Shown one piece after another: positions 50,411-61,225 of a DNA stretch of 64,000 nucleotides. The position numbers were made by a program, and so were the translations under genes. This stretch comes from Nitrospirota bacterium (GTDB taxonomy: Bacteria > Nitrospirota > Thermodesulfovibrionia > Thermodesulfovibrionales > UBA9159). The DNA lies in assembly GCA_963699545.1 (NCBI GenBank), contig CAVOUE010000006.1, forward strand, positions 224,001-288,000, read 5' to 3'. Positions within the stretch are counted from its first letter, which is position 1, and each line of letters starts with the position of its first letter. The notes under the pieces were generated by a model that was not told the DNA's origin, did not search any database, and was given only the letters and a program-made list of their open reading frames with translations.

Positions 50411-50756
50411 GGGGGCGAAAGGGCTCGACGGGGGTTATGAGGCTCAGGTGGCATGTCGTGGCTCCATCACCACGCAAAAAGATGGAAACAAACACAAAAG
50501 CCAACAACGAACTGGCACTCGCTGCTTAACTAAAGCAGCACGCTCCTTCGGGATCGCCTGTGTCTTGAAGAAAGCGTCGGAATGCAGGCTGGCCTCGAAT
50601 TGCTCCCCTGGATCTGAGGCGAGATAAAGGGGGATGGGATGATGAAAAGCCTGTCTGTCGGCGCTTCATCATCTGAGATTGAAATGACAGAATACACATG
50701 TAGAAGCCTGAGAGTAGTACTTTCGGACGCGGGTTCGATTCCCGCCGCCTCCACCA
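50411..50756 (+). ncRNA. ssrA: tmRNA, tag ANNELALAA* (50500-50529)
   Basis: 5' GGGGGCGAAAGGGCTCGAC; 3' GACGCGGGTTCGATTCCCGCCGCCTCCACCA; internal tag ORF; adjacent to smpB. Confidence 0.96.
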
Positions 50757-50914
50757 TGACAGGCCTTTTTTATTCCTACTATCGAGAGTCTTGTAGGTCA
50801 GTCCTCCTCTCATCGATGCCCCTGCACTTTTCACCAAGGAAATGCAACCATCAAAGAGGAAGAACGTGCGCGGTGTATTGCAAAAGTCTGTTCAAATATG
50901 GGAAATTATATGTT

Positions 50915-51931
50915 ATGCGAAAATTAATCACTGTCCTGACGGTTCTTGTCATCCTGTCCGTTTCCGGGACAGGACACCCCGTCGAGATGAAGCCGTCCGG
51001 GCAGAGGGACGGGGTGGCCCCGGCGGGTTCTGCAGCGGACGTCACCCTCAGATTCAGCAAACACGAGGGGTTCAGCCGCATCGTTTTTGAAACGGCTGAA
51101 GAACCCTTTATCAAGAACTCCACCGTCACAGCCGAGAAGAACCAGATAAAGGTTCTCTTCCCATCAAGTCTTCATCTCACGACCCAGGGGACCCCTGACA
51201 TGGTGACCTCATTGAAGGGGAACCTCTACACGATAACGGTGAACAGTCCTTTCAGGATCAAGGTTTTGAGGCTATCTTCCCCTCCCCGCCTCTCTATAGA
51301 CATTATGGTTGCCACGAAGGACGAGGGACGCAGGCCTGCTGCTACAGAAGGGACAGTTCCTGTCATCACCGCCAACATACGCGTGGTTCTCGACCCCGGT
51401 CATGGGGGGTACGAGGTCGGAATTGTTTCTGGAGAGCTCAGGGAAAAGGACATCACCTTCTCCCTGGCCAGGTCCCTGGAAGCCGCCCTTCTCAAAAGAA
51501 ACAAGACAGTTTTTCTCACGAGGAAGGCGGACCAGTTCCTGTCAATTACAGACAGGGCCATATTCACAAACCAGAGGTCTCCGGATATCTTCATCAGCAT
51601 TCACCTTTCCACGACGGACAATTTCGTCATCTATACCGCATCGGCGGAGACGGCATCGCCGGACACCACTGGTGAACTGTACGGCCTGATGTCCCGTCAG
51701 AGACGCTATATCGAAAAAAGCAAGGCCCTGGCGGAGGGACTGGGAAACGCCATCAAAGAAGAGTTCAAGAAAGACATCGTCTTCAGAAAGATGGATATTC
51801 CCCTTCTTGCTTCGGTGGGAGCCGCTTCGGTCATGGTGGAACTGCCCGTGACCATTGCCTCGGACCAGTCGGTGAAAACAAGGATCGCAGAAGTCCTGCT
51901 GAAGGGAATCGCCTCTTATGCCGGCCAATAA
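50915..51931 (+). CDS. N-acetylmuramoyl-L-alanine amidase (Amidase_3) with AMIN-like N-terminus
   Basis: Signal peptide; VVLDPGHGG, EKDI, LTR, FISIH, SVMVE. Confidence 0.85.
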   Translation: MRKLITVLTVLVILSVSGTGHPVEMKPSGQRDGVAPAGSAADVTLRFSKHEGFSRIVFETAEEPFIKNSTVTAEKNQIKVLFPSSLHLTTQGTPDMVTSLKGNLYTITVNSPFRIKVLRLSSPPRLSIDIMVATKDEGRRPAATEGTVPVITANIRVVLDPGHGGYEVGIVSGELREKDITFSLARSLEAALLKRNKTVFLTRKADQFLSITDRAIFTNQRSPDIFISIHLSTTDNFVIYTASAETASPDTTGELYGLMSRQRRYIEKSKALAEGLGNAIKEEFKKDIVFRKMDIPLLASVGAASVMVELPVTIASDQSVKTRIAEVLLKGIASYAGQ

Positions 51932-52484
51932 GAAGAAGATACTGTGGGTCCTGGTTTTCGCCCTCCTTTTTCTGGGGGGGATCGCCGGGGGCTTCTTTTA
52001 CTTTTCACGAAATTTCGGTTTCATGCAGACTGTTAAGACCGTTCCGCAGGAAGTGGGACAGGAAGAGGACACATCCTTTATGAGAATCTATTACCCGTCT
52101 GAAGGCCGCCTCATCATGGAAGAGCGGCGAGTGAAGAGACAGGTCGCCTTAACAGCCGTCGCAGAGGAGATCGCACATGAATTTCTCAAAGGACCCTCCA
52201 ACATGGCAAAATCAGCCGTCCCACCGGGCACGAAGCTGCTCGCGGTCTATTATGGAAGCGACGGCATTCTCTATGTGGACCTTTCCGATGAATTCAGAAG
52301 GAATTTCCAGGGAGACGCATTGAATGAATTCCTGCTTCTCAAGGGACTCTATGACAGCATCATTTCGAACGTTACCGGGGTCGACGATGTAAAGGTCATT
52401 ATTGAAGGAAAAGAAATAGAGAGCATCGGCGGCCATTTTCTTGCCCTCTATCCCCTGAAGAATATGCTTGCGGAGGTCAAGTAG
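51918..52484 (+). CDS. GerMN domain protein
   Basis: N-terminal TM; EFLKGP...VPPGTKLL...YVDLSDEF...VKVIIEGK. Confidence 0.85.
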   Translation: MPANKKKILWVLVFALLFLGGIAGGFFYFSRNFGFMQTVKTVPQEVGQEEDTSFMRIYYPSEGRLIMEERRVKRQVALTAVAEEIAHEFLKGPSNMAKSAVPPGTKLLAVYYGSDGILYVDLSDEFRRNFQGDALNEFLLLKGLYDSIISNVTGVDDVKVIIEGKEIESIGGHFLALYPLKNMLAEVK

Positions 52485-52487
52485 CCT

Positions 52488-53306
52488 GTGAATGACCGGC
52501 CCATCGGAGTATTTGATTCAGGGATAGGCGGGCTCACCGTTCTCAAGGAGATGATCAGGGAATTGCCGTGGGAGAGCACTGTGTATCTTGGAGATACGGC
52601 CAGGGTCCCCTACGGGATACGGTCTGCTGAGACCGTGACACGCTATTCCTTCGAGAACACCGGGTTCCTTGTGACCGAGGGAATAAAACTCTTGGTGGTC
52701 GCCTGCAATACCGCGTCCGCAGTGAGTCTTGACGCCATAAAAGAGAAGGTCTCCATCCCGGTTATCGGGGTTATAGAGCCCGGGGCGAAAGGTGCGGTCA
52801 CAGCCACGAGAAACAAGAGGGTCGGCGTCATCGGCACGGAAGCCACCGTGCACAGTAACGCATATGCGAGAATCATAAAAGCCATTGACCATGGGGTAGA
52901 GGTTTTCAGCCTCCCCTGTCCGCTCTTTGTCCCCCTGGCTGAAGAGGGTCTGACCGACGACGATATCGCCACCCTTGTGGCCCGGAGATATCTGGGAGAT
53001 TTGAAGGACAAAGGGATCGATACTTTGGTTCTCGGCTGCACCCATTATCCTCTGCTCAAGGGCGTCATTTCTCAGGTCATGGGTCGCGGCATCGTGCTTA
53101 TCGATTCCGCCATAGAGACCGTCAGGGAGATAAAAAAGACGTTGTGTGAACACGCCATAGAAGGAAGTCACAACGGCGAGGGAGCTGCCGCGCCATTTCG
53201 GAGATTCTACGTAACGGACTCAACTGATCGGTTCGTCAGGGTCGGTGAGCGGTTCCTGGGCCGGAGGATCGAACAGATAGAAAAAATAAATGTGGGAGGC
53301 AACTGA
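52488..53306 (+). CDS. murI: Glutamate racemase
   Basis: [31 protein letters not shown]. Confidence 0.96.
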   Translation: MNDRPIGVFDSGIGGLTVLKEMIRELPWESTVYLGDTARVPYGIRSAETVTRYSFENTGFLVTEGIKLLVVACNTASAVSLDAIKEKVSIPVIGVIEPGAKGAVTATRNKRVGVIGTEATVHSNAYARIIKAIDHGVEVFSLPCPLFVPLAEEGLTDDDIATLVARRYLGDLKDKGIDTLVLGCTHYPLLKGVISQVMGRGIVLIDSAIETVREIKKTLCEHAIEGSHNGEGAAAPFRRFYVTDSTDRFVRVGERFLGRRIEQIEKINVGGN

Positions 53307-54040
53307 TGAGGCAGGACGGCAGAAAGAGCGACCAGTTGAGAGCGGTAAGGATAACGCGGAATTTTTTGAAAACCGCAGAGGGTTCGGTGCTGATAGAGAT
53401 GGGTGATACGAAAGTCCTGTGCTCTGCCACCATCGAAGAAAGGGTCCCGCCCTTCCTGAAGGATCAGAAGAAGGGATGGGTCACCGCCGAGTACGGCATG
53501 CTTCCCCGTTCAACACAGACGAGGATGATGAGAGAGTCGGTTACGGGCAAGATCGGGGGTCGGACCCACGAGATCCAGAGGCTCATAGGAAGAGCCCTCA
53601 GGTCGGTGACCAATCTGGAAGGTCTGGGAGAGCGGACCGTATGGATAGACTGTGATGTGATACAGGCTGACGGCGGAACAAGGACAGCCTCCATCACGGG
53701 CGCATTCCTCTGCATGGCGGACGCGCTCAACCACGCCATAAGGAACGGGATGATAGAGAAGATGCCCCTCACCAACCACCTTGCGGCGGTCAGTGTCGGC
53801 ATCGTGAACGGCGAACCGCTCCTTGACCTCTGCTATGCAGAGGATTCGGCGGCGGAGGTGGATATGAACGTTGTCATGACCGGCAACGGACACTTTGTGG
53901 AGGTCCAGGGCACCGCCGAAAAGGTTCCTTTTTCGAAGAAAGGCCTCGAAAGCCTCCTGGGCCTGGCGGAGGACGGGATCATGAAACTGATCTCGATCCA
54001 GAAAGAACACCTGAGTAAAGAGTCTCTTTTCAGCTTTTGA
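53306..54040 (+). CDS. rph: Ribonuclease PH
   Basis: [43 protein letters not shown]. Confidence 0.96.
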   Translation: MRQDGRKSDQLRAVRITRNFLKTAEGSVLIEMGDTKVLCSATIEERVPPFLKDQKKGWVTAEYGMLPRSTQTRMMRESVTGKIGGRTHEIQRLIGRALRSVTNLEGLGERTVWIDCDVIQADGGTRTASITGAFLCMADALNHAIRNGMIEKMPLTNHLAAVSVGIVNGEPLLDLCYAEDSAAEVDMNVVMTGNGHFVEVQGTAEKVPFSKKGLESLLGLAEDGIMKLISIQKEHLSKESLFSF

Positions 54041-54092
54041 CCCTTTTCTAAAAAACAGCGGTATGGTACAATGAAAAACGGAGGTCTGCACA

Positions 54093-55912
54093 TTGAGTAG
54101 CGTTTACAGAAGTCTCTTTATCTGGCTGATGATCGGGTTGATCATGATCCTGTTGTTCAATCTGGTGAGCACGCCGAAAAAGATGGAAGACGAGGTCATC
54201 TTCTCCGATTTCATGACGAGGGTCGAAGCCGGAGAGGTCGACGAAGTTGTCATCAAAGAAAATCTGATCACCGGCAGGTTGAAAGACGGGAAGAAGTTCA
54301 AGACCTATTCCGCTGGCTATCCCGAACTGGTGAAGGAACTGAGGGCAAAGAGTGTAAAGATCGCTGCAAAACCTCCCGAGCAGAACCCCTGGTACGTGAA
54401 CTTCTTCTTCTCATGGGGGCCCATTATCTTCCTTGCCCTTGTTTGGGTATTCTTCATGCGGCAGATGCAGACCGGGGGGAACAAGGCCCTCTCATTCGGC
54501 AAAAGCAAGGCGCGTCTCGTCTCGGATAAGTCGGTAAAGATCACGTTTGCCGATGTGGCGGGCATCGAAGAAGCAAAGAAGGAGGTTCAGGAGATCATCG
54601 ATTTTCTCAAAGACCCTCAGAAGTTCTCGAAGCTTGGAGGGAAGATACCGAAAGGCGTCCTCCTTGTCGGTTCCCCTGGTTCAGGAAAGACTCTCCTTGC
54701 CAAGGCCATTGCAGGAGAAGCCGGAGTCCCATTCTTCAGCATATCGGGTTCTGACTTTGTTGAGATGTTTGTGGGCGTCGGCGCATCCCGGGTGAGGGAC
54801 CTCTTTGAGCAGGCGAAGAAGAGCGCTCCGTGCATCGTGTTCATTGATGAGATCGATGCGGTGGGAAGGCACAGGGGCGCCGGACTGGGCGGCGGACATG
54901 ATGAACGGGAACAGACCCTTAACCAGCTTCTGGTGGAGATGGACGGTTTCGAAGGAACGGAAGGAGTGATCATCCTTGCAGCGACGAACAGGCCTGATGT
55001 GCTTGATCCGGCACTTTTGAGACCGGGAAGATTTGACCGGCAGGTGGTGGTGCCTATCCCGGACGTGAAGGGAAGACTGGAGATACTGAAGGTGCATACG
55101 CGCAAGATACCTCTTGACAGGATGTGGATCTCGAGGTAATTGCCCGGGGAACGCCCGGTTTTTCCGGTGCCGATCTGGCAAACCTTGTGAATGAAGCAGC
55201 CCTCTGGGCGGCAAGAAAATCAAAGTCCAAGGTGGATATGCCGGACTTTGAGGCTGCAAAGGACAAGGTGCTCATGGGCGTCGAGCGGAAGAGCATGATC
55301 ATCAGTGAAGAGGAGAAAAAGAACACCGCATATCATGAGGCAGGACACGCCCTTGTTGCAAAACTGACCCCCGGGTACAGACCCGATACATAAGGTGAGC
55401 ATCATACCCAGGGGAAGGGCGCATTGGGCGTTACGCAGCAGCTTCCTCTCGATGACAGGCTACACCTATTCAAAGGATTATCTCCTCAAGACGCTCAACG
55501 TGCTTCTGGGCGGAAGGGCTGCGGAAGAGCTTGCCCTTCACCATATGACCACTGGCGCGGGAAATGACCTCGAGCGTGCAACAGATCTTGCGCAGGAGGA
55601 TGGTTGACCGAATGGGGAATGAGCGAGAAACTCGGACCGCTGACCTTCGGGAAAAAGGACGAGCAGATATTCCTCGGCAGGGAGATCGCAAAGCACAAGG
55701 ACTACAGCGAAAAGATCGCCGAAGAGATCGACGAAGAGGTGAGGAATCTCGTTACCGGAGCGTATGAAGAGTCCAAGAAACTTCTCTCTGACAATTATGA
55801 CATCCTCGATACCTTTGCGAAATCCCTTCTTGAGAAAGAGACCATGGACGGACATGACATGGACGAACTGATCAAGGGACTTAAGGGGGATAAAAGCTCT
55901 GCTGAAGAGTGA
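54093..55912 (+). CDS. ftsH: ATP-dependent zinc metalloprotease FtsH (several indels after 55120)
   Basis: [58 protein letters not shown]. Confidence 0.95.
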
Positions 55913-55992
55913 AGGCAAAGACCGAGGTGTAGCAACAGAGACCTTCCCAGTATGCCGAACCCTTCCTTCTGCCTCCGTGATCCAGCGTTGAG

Positions 55993-56888
55993 GTGAAGCT
56001 ATTTTTCAAGAACTTCTCTTTGGATTTTTCCAGGAAGACCCACGTCATGGGCATTCTCAACGTCACTCCCGATTCTTTCACGGACGGCGGTTTCTTCTTC
56101 AGGAGGGATTCTGCCATGGAACACGGCCTCAGGATGGTGGAAGACGGTGCAGACATCATCGATGTCGGAGGTGAATCCACAAGGCCGGGCTCTGAACCGG
56201 TGCAGTATGAGGAGGAGATCCGGCGGACATACCCGGTAATCGAAGCACTCGCAAAGAGAGTAAAAGTCCCCATTTCCATCGATACCTATAAGGCCGATGT
56301 GGCAAAAAGGGCACTGGATGCAGGGGCATCCATTATCAATGACATAAGCGGGTTGAGGTTCGACCCGGAAATGCCGAAGGTCGTCGCACAATACGTGTGC
56401 CTGTGGTGCTTATGCATATCAAGGGAACACCGAAGATTATGCAGGTCAATCCTGAATATGAGGCGCTGATCCCCGAGATCCTGGATTATCTGAGGGTCAG
56501 CATACGACTTGCCGTGGATGCCGGGGTGAGGGAGGACATGATTATTGTAGACCCGGGAATCGGTTTCGGCAAGACATTTGAGCACAACCTTGAGATACTG
56601 AAGGATCTCCGTGAGTTCACGCTCCTCGAAAAACCATTGCTCATCGGCCCGTCGAGAAAGGCATTCATAGGAAATATCCTCGGCAATGCCCCGTCATCAG
56701 AACGCATGGAAGGAACTGCAGCCGCAGTCGCCATCTCCATCATGAACGGTGCGAATATCGTGAGAGTTCATGATGTGAAAGAGATGGCGAAGGTGGCAAG
56801 GGTGGCGGATGCGATAAAGAGGGGCGGTATCCAGATGCTCACTGATCATTTGCGAATCCGTTCACACGTTTTGTCTTTCCGGGCTTGA
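55993..56888 (+). CDS. folP: Dihydropteroate synthase (indel near 56397)
   Basis: MGILNVTPDSFTDGG, DVGGESTRPG, DPGIGFGK, SRKAFIG, VRVHDV. Confidence 0.95.
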
Positions 56889-56943
56889 CCCGGAATGCTC
56901 GGGTCCTCTCCTGACTAGATTCCTGTGTTCTCACGGGAATGAT
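56873..56943. repeat. Degenerate copy C of the GTCATTCC doublet
   Basis: GTCTTTCCGGGCTTGACCCGGAAT ... CTAGATTCCTGTGTTCTCACGGGAATGAT. Confidence 0.7.
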
Positions 56944-57009
56944 GCCAGAGTAAATGCGTGATTTCCACCTTTAAACGGTTATAATAGGACAAAAAGAAAA
57001 GGGACGAAA

Positions 57010-57456
57010 ATGGCACGAGTGAAAGAAGGAGATACTATCGTCATTCAGTACATCGGCAGACTTGAGGACGGCACCGTCTTTGATTCCACCGAGGGCAAAA
57101 ATCCTCTGGAGTTCACCGTGGGTGAAGGGGAAGTCGTTCCGGGACTGGAGAAAGGTGTCATCGGCATGGCGCCGGGCGAATCAAAGAGTATTGTGATCCC
57201 TGCGGAAGACGGATACGGGCCGCACCTGAAAGAAAGGGTTTGTGAGCTGACAAAAAGCGAGTGCCTGAAAAGTTTCACCCTGGGATGGGACAGCAGCTCC
57301 AGATGTACCGCGCCGACGGCCTGCCAATCATGGGCACGGTAGTCGGCCATTTCCGGAACCTCGTTCACCATGGATTACAACCATCCCTTGGCGGGAAAGA
57401 CGTTGATATTTGAGACAAAGCTTCTGGAGATTGTGGACGACGAGCGCAGTCAATAG
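57010..57456 (+). CDS. FKBP-type peptidyl-prolyl isomerase (SlyD/FkpB-like), with indels
   Basis: YIGRLEDGTVFDST...PLEFTVGEGEVVPGLE; later frame DYNHPLAGKTLIFE. Confidence 0.88.
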
Positions 57457-57462
57457 ACGTCT

Positions 57463-57879
57463 TTAAGCCGGCTTGCTCGGTGTATCCGCATCCTGGATAG
57501 CGTTAAGCCAACGGAGGGCATCTTCGCGGGAGGTAAAGATATGCACTTTCTTCTCGCTCTTGGGGTTGATCTCTCTGAATGTCTCATACATGCGCCCTAA
57601 TCCGTAGTGCAACGTTTCATGTGCAATAATGGCAAACTTCGATGAAACATTCGGAGTATCCATGTCTGCGGACAGATTGGCCAATTCGCGCATCCGTTCA
57701 GATGAGACGAACTCGATGCTCTTAACGTCCACCATCTCCACAATCTCATTATACCCGGCGACATCAGGACGACTCCATACTTCCTGCTGATAGCCGAAGA
57801 CGTCAGCATCGGTCAGCGCGCCGTGAGCGCGAGCTTCCACAAGTTTCTTCTCGTGATCTATGCAATAGGTGATCGGCAT
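57463..57879 (-). CDS. Hypothetical protein (possibly SpoIIAA/STAS-like)
   Basis: 138-aa ORF with RBS; KFAII...YGLGRMY...IFTSREDALRWL pattern. Confidence 0.6.
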   Translation of the reverse strand: MPITYCIDHEKKLVEARAHGALTDADVFGYQQEVWSRPDVAGYNEIVEMVDVKSIEFVSSERMRELANLSADMDTPNVSSKFAIIAHETLHYGLGRMYETFREINPKSEKKVHIFTSREDALRWLNAIQDADTPSKPA

Positions 57880-58019
57880 CTAATCGCCTCGCCTGGGACG
57901 TAACTACATTATATCAAATGCTGCTCGATTTCAAAGGATATGGTTTCACTCCGGCGTAGCCTTTTGCATGGCTTCATTCTCTGATTGTTATTCTTTCGGC
58001 AGTGGCATACAATACTACC

Positions 58020-60137
58020 ATGGTAAATAAGGAATCCATTCTCTCCTTCTTCCGCGAAAAGACGGGGAAGCCCCTTAGTTTTAAAGACATCGTTTCCCTG
58101 ATGCGTTTGAGCCATCCCGAGGCGAGGGCATTGAAACGCCTCCTCAGACAGATGATGAGGGAAGGCGATATCGTAATGACCCGCAAGGGCCTCTACGGAC
58201 CCTCAGACGACATGAACCTTATCACGGGCCGTTTTGAGGCGCACAGGGACGGCTATGGCTTTGTGATCCTCGAAAAGCCGGGGGAAAGGGATATCTTCGT
58301 TCCGGCACGCTCGACCCAGGGTGCCATGGACAATGACAGGGTCATTGTGCGAATGGAGAACTCGCGGAGACGTGAAGGGATGATCATCAGGGTCCTCGAA
58401 AGGGCGACTACCCGATTTGTGGGGAGACTGGATATCACAAAAGCGGCGTCTTACATAAGGCCCAAGAACAAGTCCCTTCCTTTTGACCTCTACATTTCGC
58501 CAGGGGACAGGGGAAAGGCGCGTCATGGCGACAGCGTAGTTGCCGAGATACTCAGTTATCCCACGGACAAAAGACCGCCCTCCGGCAAGGTCATCAAGGT
58601 GATCGAAAAACCTGTAGACCCTGCTTCAGAGGTCGAGGCCATCATCGATGAATTCAATCTGCCCAGGAGATTTCCCAGGGACGTCAGTGAAGAGGCAAAA
58701 TTGCTTGCTCAGGGGGCAGGGCAAGAGGCGGGGATCAGGAGAAAAGATCTCAGGAGTCTTCTCACCGTCACCATTGACGGCGAGCGGGCGAAGGACTTTG
58801 ATGATGCAGTCTCGATAAAGCTCTCCGAACACGGTTACAAATTGTGGGTGCATATCGCCGATGTAGGCTTCTATGTGGGCTGGAATTCGGTGCTTGATCA
58901 GGAGGCCAGAAAGAGAGGGACGAGCGTCTATTTCCCTGACAGGGTCATCCCCATGCTTCCGAAAGAGCTTTCAGAAGATCTCTGCAGCCTCAAGGCCGGG
59001 GTCGAACGTCCTGCCTTTACCGTCGAAATGGATTTCGACAGACAGGGAGAACGGACCGGGGCGAAGTTCTATTCCAGCCTCATCAAAAGTGATGAGCGGA
59101 TGACCTACACGTCGGTGAGGAAGATACTGGTTGACAACGACCGGGATGAGCGGAAGAAATACGAATACCTTCTTCGGGATTTTGAACTGATGAGCGAGTT
59201 GTGCGGCATCCTCAGGGAGATGAGGCTCGAACGGGGGAGCCTCGACTTCGACCTTCCCGAACCTGAAATCCTGCTTGATCTGCAGGGAAGGCCTGAAGCC
59301 ATTCTCAGGGCAGAGAGGAATCTCGCCCACATGCTCATCGAAGAGTTCATGATCGCTGCCAACGAGGCCGTGGCCGGGCATCTTGAGTCCCTGGGTGTAC
59401 CAAGCCTTTACCGAATCCATGAGGAACCTGATCCGATGAAGCTGGAAGATATCATAAAGGTCGTACATCCCTCCACGAGAGTGAAGAGAAAAACCCTGAA
59501 GGCCGGTGACTTCTCCCGGTTGCTGATCGAAATAAAGGGAACCCCGGGGGAAGAGATCATCAACTACATGATACTGCGGAGTCTGAAACAGGCCAGGTAT
59601 TCCCCCGTCAACGTGGGGCATTTCGGTCTTGCTTCGGACAGCTATACACATTTCACCTCTCCGATCAGGCGGTATCCTGACCTTGTGATCCACAGGATAT
59701 TGCGGGAGGTACTCACAAAAAAGCAGCTCCCCGACAAAAGGACCAAGGAGCTGGAAAGCTTGCTCCCCGACATCGCCTTTCATTCATCCAGGATGGAGCG
59801 GCTTTCAGACGATGCCGAAAGGGAAGTGCTGGAGGCCATGAAGGTATGGTTCATGAAAGACAAGGTGGGAGAGGAGTTTGGCGGAATGCTCGTGGGGGTG
59901 AACCCTTACGGTCTCAGGGTGCGGCTGAAAGATTATTACGTAGAGGGCTTCATCCATGTGTCCTACATGACCGATGACTTCTACCACTATAACGAGAGGT
60001 CCGTATCGCTGTCGGGCAGGAACACCGGACGGATATTCAGGATAGGGGATGAGCTCACCGTGCGGGTTGACAAAGTTGACATGGAAGAACGGGAGATACT
60101 CTTCGGCATAACCTCACTGCCATCCAAAGGAAAATAG
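58020..60137 (+). CDS. rnr: Ribonuclease R
   Basis: HRDGYGFV, TIDGERAKDFDDA, VHIADV, HFTSPIRRYPDL, C-terminal S1 domain. Confidence 0.95.
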   Translation: MVNKESILSFFREKTGKPLSFKDIVSLMRLSHPEARALKRLLRQMMREGDIVMTRKGLYGPSDDMNLITGRFEAHRDGYGFVILEKPGERDIFVPARSTQGAMDNDRVIVRMENSRRREGMIIRVLERATTRFVGRLDITKAASYIRPKNKSLPFDLYISPGDRGKARHGDSVVAEILSYPTDKRPPSGKVIKVIEKPVDPASEVEAIIDEFNLPRRFPRDVSEEAKLLAQGAGQEAGIRRKDLRSLLTVTIDGERAKDFDDAVSIKLSEHGYKLWVHIADVGFYVGWNSVLDQEARKRGTSVYFPDRVIPMLPKELSEDLCSLKAGVERPAFTVEMDFDRQGERTGAKFYSSLIKSDERMTYTSVRKILVDNDRDERKKYEYLLRDFELMSELCGILREMRLERGSLDFDLPEPEILLDLQGRPEAILRAERNLAHMLIEEFMIAANEAVAGHLESLGVPSLYRIHEEPDPMKLEDIIKVVHPSTRVKRKTLKAGDFSRLLIEIKGTPGEEIINYMILRSLKQARYSPVNVGHFGLASDSYTHFTSPIRRYPDLVIHRILREVLTKKQLPDKRTKELESLLPDIAFHSSRMERLSDDAEREVLEAMKVWFMKDKVGEEFGGMLVGVNPYGLRVRLKDYYVEGFIHVSYMTDDFYHYNERSVSLSGRNTGRIFRIGDELTVRVDKVDMEEREILFGITSLPSKGK

Positions 60138-60151
60138 AAACTCCACACAGT

Positions 60152-61003
60152 ATGAGACCCTTAAAGCAGACCCTTGACAGGTTTTACAGGGAATATAACT
60201 TCCGGGAAAGAATCCTTCATGACCCCATCGAATTCCCGCACCGCTACGGGAAACACGAAGATATCGAGGTCGCAGGCTTCATCGCGTCGTGCCTCGCGTA
60301 CGGAAAGGTCGAGTTATTCAAGCCCGTGGTGGAACAGGTCCTTTCACTGATGGGGAAGAAACCGGCTTCCTTTCTTGGAGATTTTGATGTCCGGACGCAA
60401 CGGCATCGCTTCACCTTCAAATACCGCTTCAGCGAGAGCCTTGACATCCTCTGTCTGATCTATATTATCCACAGACTGCTCAGGAACCATTCCTCGATCG
60501 AAAATGCATTCATGAGACACTTTTCCCCTGGTGATCCGGATACGGGCAACGGTATCACCGGACTTGTGAAAGAGATTATGTCCATAAATACAGCGGTCAT
60601 CTATGGGACAAATATCCATCCCCACGGAATGACGCACCTCTTCCCCACGCCGCTAAAGGGGAGCGCCTGCAAGCGGATGAACCTCTACCTGCGATGGATG
60701 GTGAGGGACAGGGACATCGATTTCGGCATATGGAAGGGGATACCAAAGAACAAACTGATAATCCCTCTGGACACCCACATCGCGAGGATATCCCGATGCC
60801 TCGGCTTCACCAGGCGCGCGTCAGCGGACTGGAAGGCCGCCGTCGAGATCACGGAAGCCCTGAAGAAGCTTGACCCTGAAGACCCCCTGAAGTATGATTT
60901 TGCCCTGTGCCATCATGGGATTTCAGGAGTCTGCAAGACACGGGATAATGCCGGATGCAGGGAATGCGTGTTTTATGAAGCTGCAAGAACAAGGACAGCC
61001 TGA
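60152..61003 (+). CDS. TIGR02757/DUF2400 family protein
   Basis: DPIEFPHRY, LAYG, SACKRMNLYLRWMVR, IPLDTH, DPEDPLKYDFAL, C-terminal Cys cluster. Confidence 0.88.
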   Translation: MRPLKQTLDRFYREYNFRERILHDPIEFPHRYGKHEDIEVAGFIASCLAYGKVELFKPVVEQVLSLMGKKPASFLGDFDVRTQRHRFTFKYRFSESLDILCLIYIIHRLLRNHSSIENAFMRHFSPGDPDTGNGITGLVKEIMSINTAVIYGTNIHPHGMTHLFPTPLKGSACKRMNLYLRWMVRDRDIDFGIWKGIPKNKLIIPLDTHIARISRCLGFTRRASADWKAAVEITEALKKLDPEDPLKYDFALCHHGISGVCKTRDNAGCRECVFYEAARTRTA

Positions 61004-61225
61004 GTTTTTCTTACATTGCCGATTTATGGACAAACCGACACTCACCCAATGGTACCTTGACAAAAAAATTTATACAGGATAATATCAGTCCTATATGACA
61101 CAGATCACTTCCGGGACATCACACGAGAAGGCCGGAGTTACATGGGAAATAGTCCTTGCAACAGCTATTAGACAGCACATGTTTCTGTGATAGAATGTGA
61201 ATATGTAGCAGGAGGGAGGAGTTTT

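Noticed and set aside
50639-50914. N-terminal extension of the amidase ORF
   Set aside because: Overlaps the tmRNA 3' end; the signal peptide begins at ATG 50915.
50757-50914. Integrated element at the tmRNA 3' end
   Set aside because: No integrase or duplicated att sequence follows; housekeeping genes continue directly.
13410-56943. GTCATTCC repeats as a CRISPR array
   Set aside because: Copies are dispersed inverted doublets, not regularly spaced direct repeats with spacers; no cas genes.
54093-57456. Split ftsH, folP and PPIase genes as real fragments
   Set aside because: Single-base indels restore normal full-length proteins; no other sign of decay.
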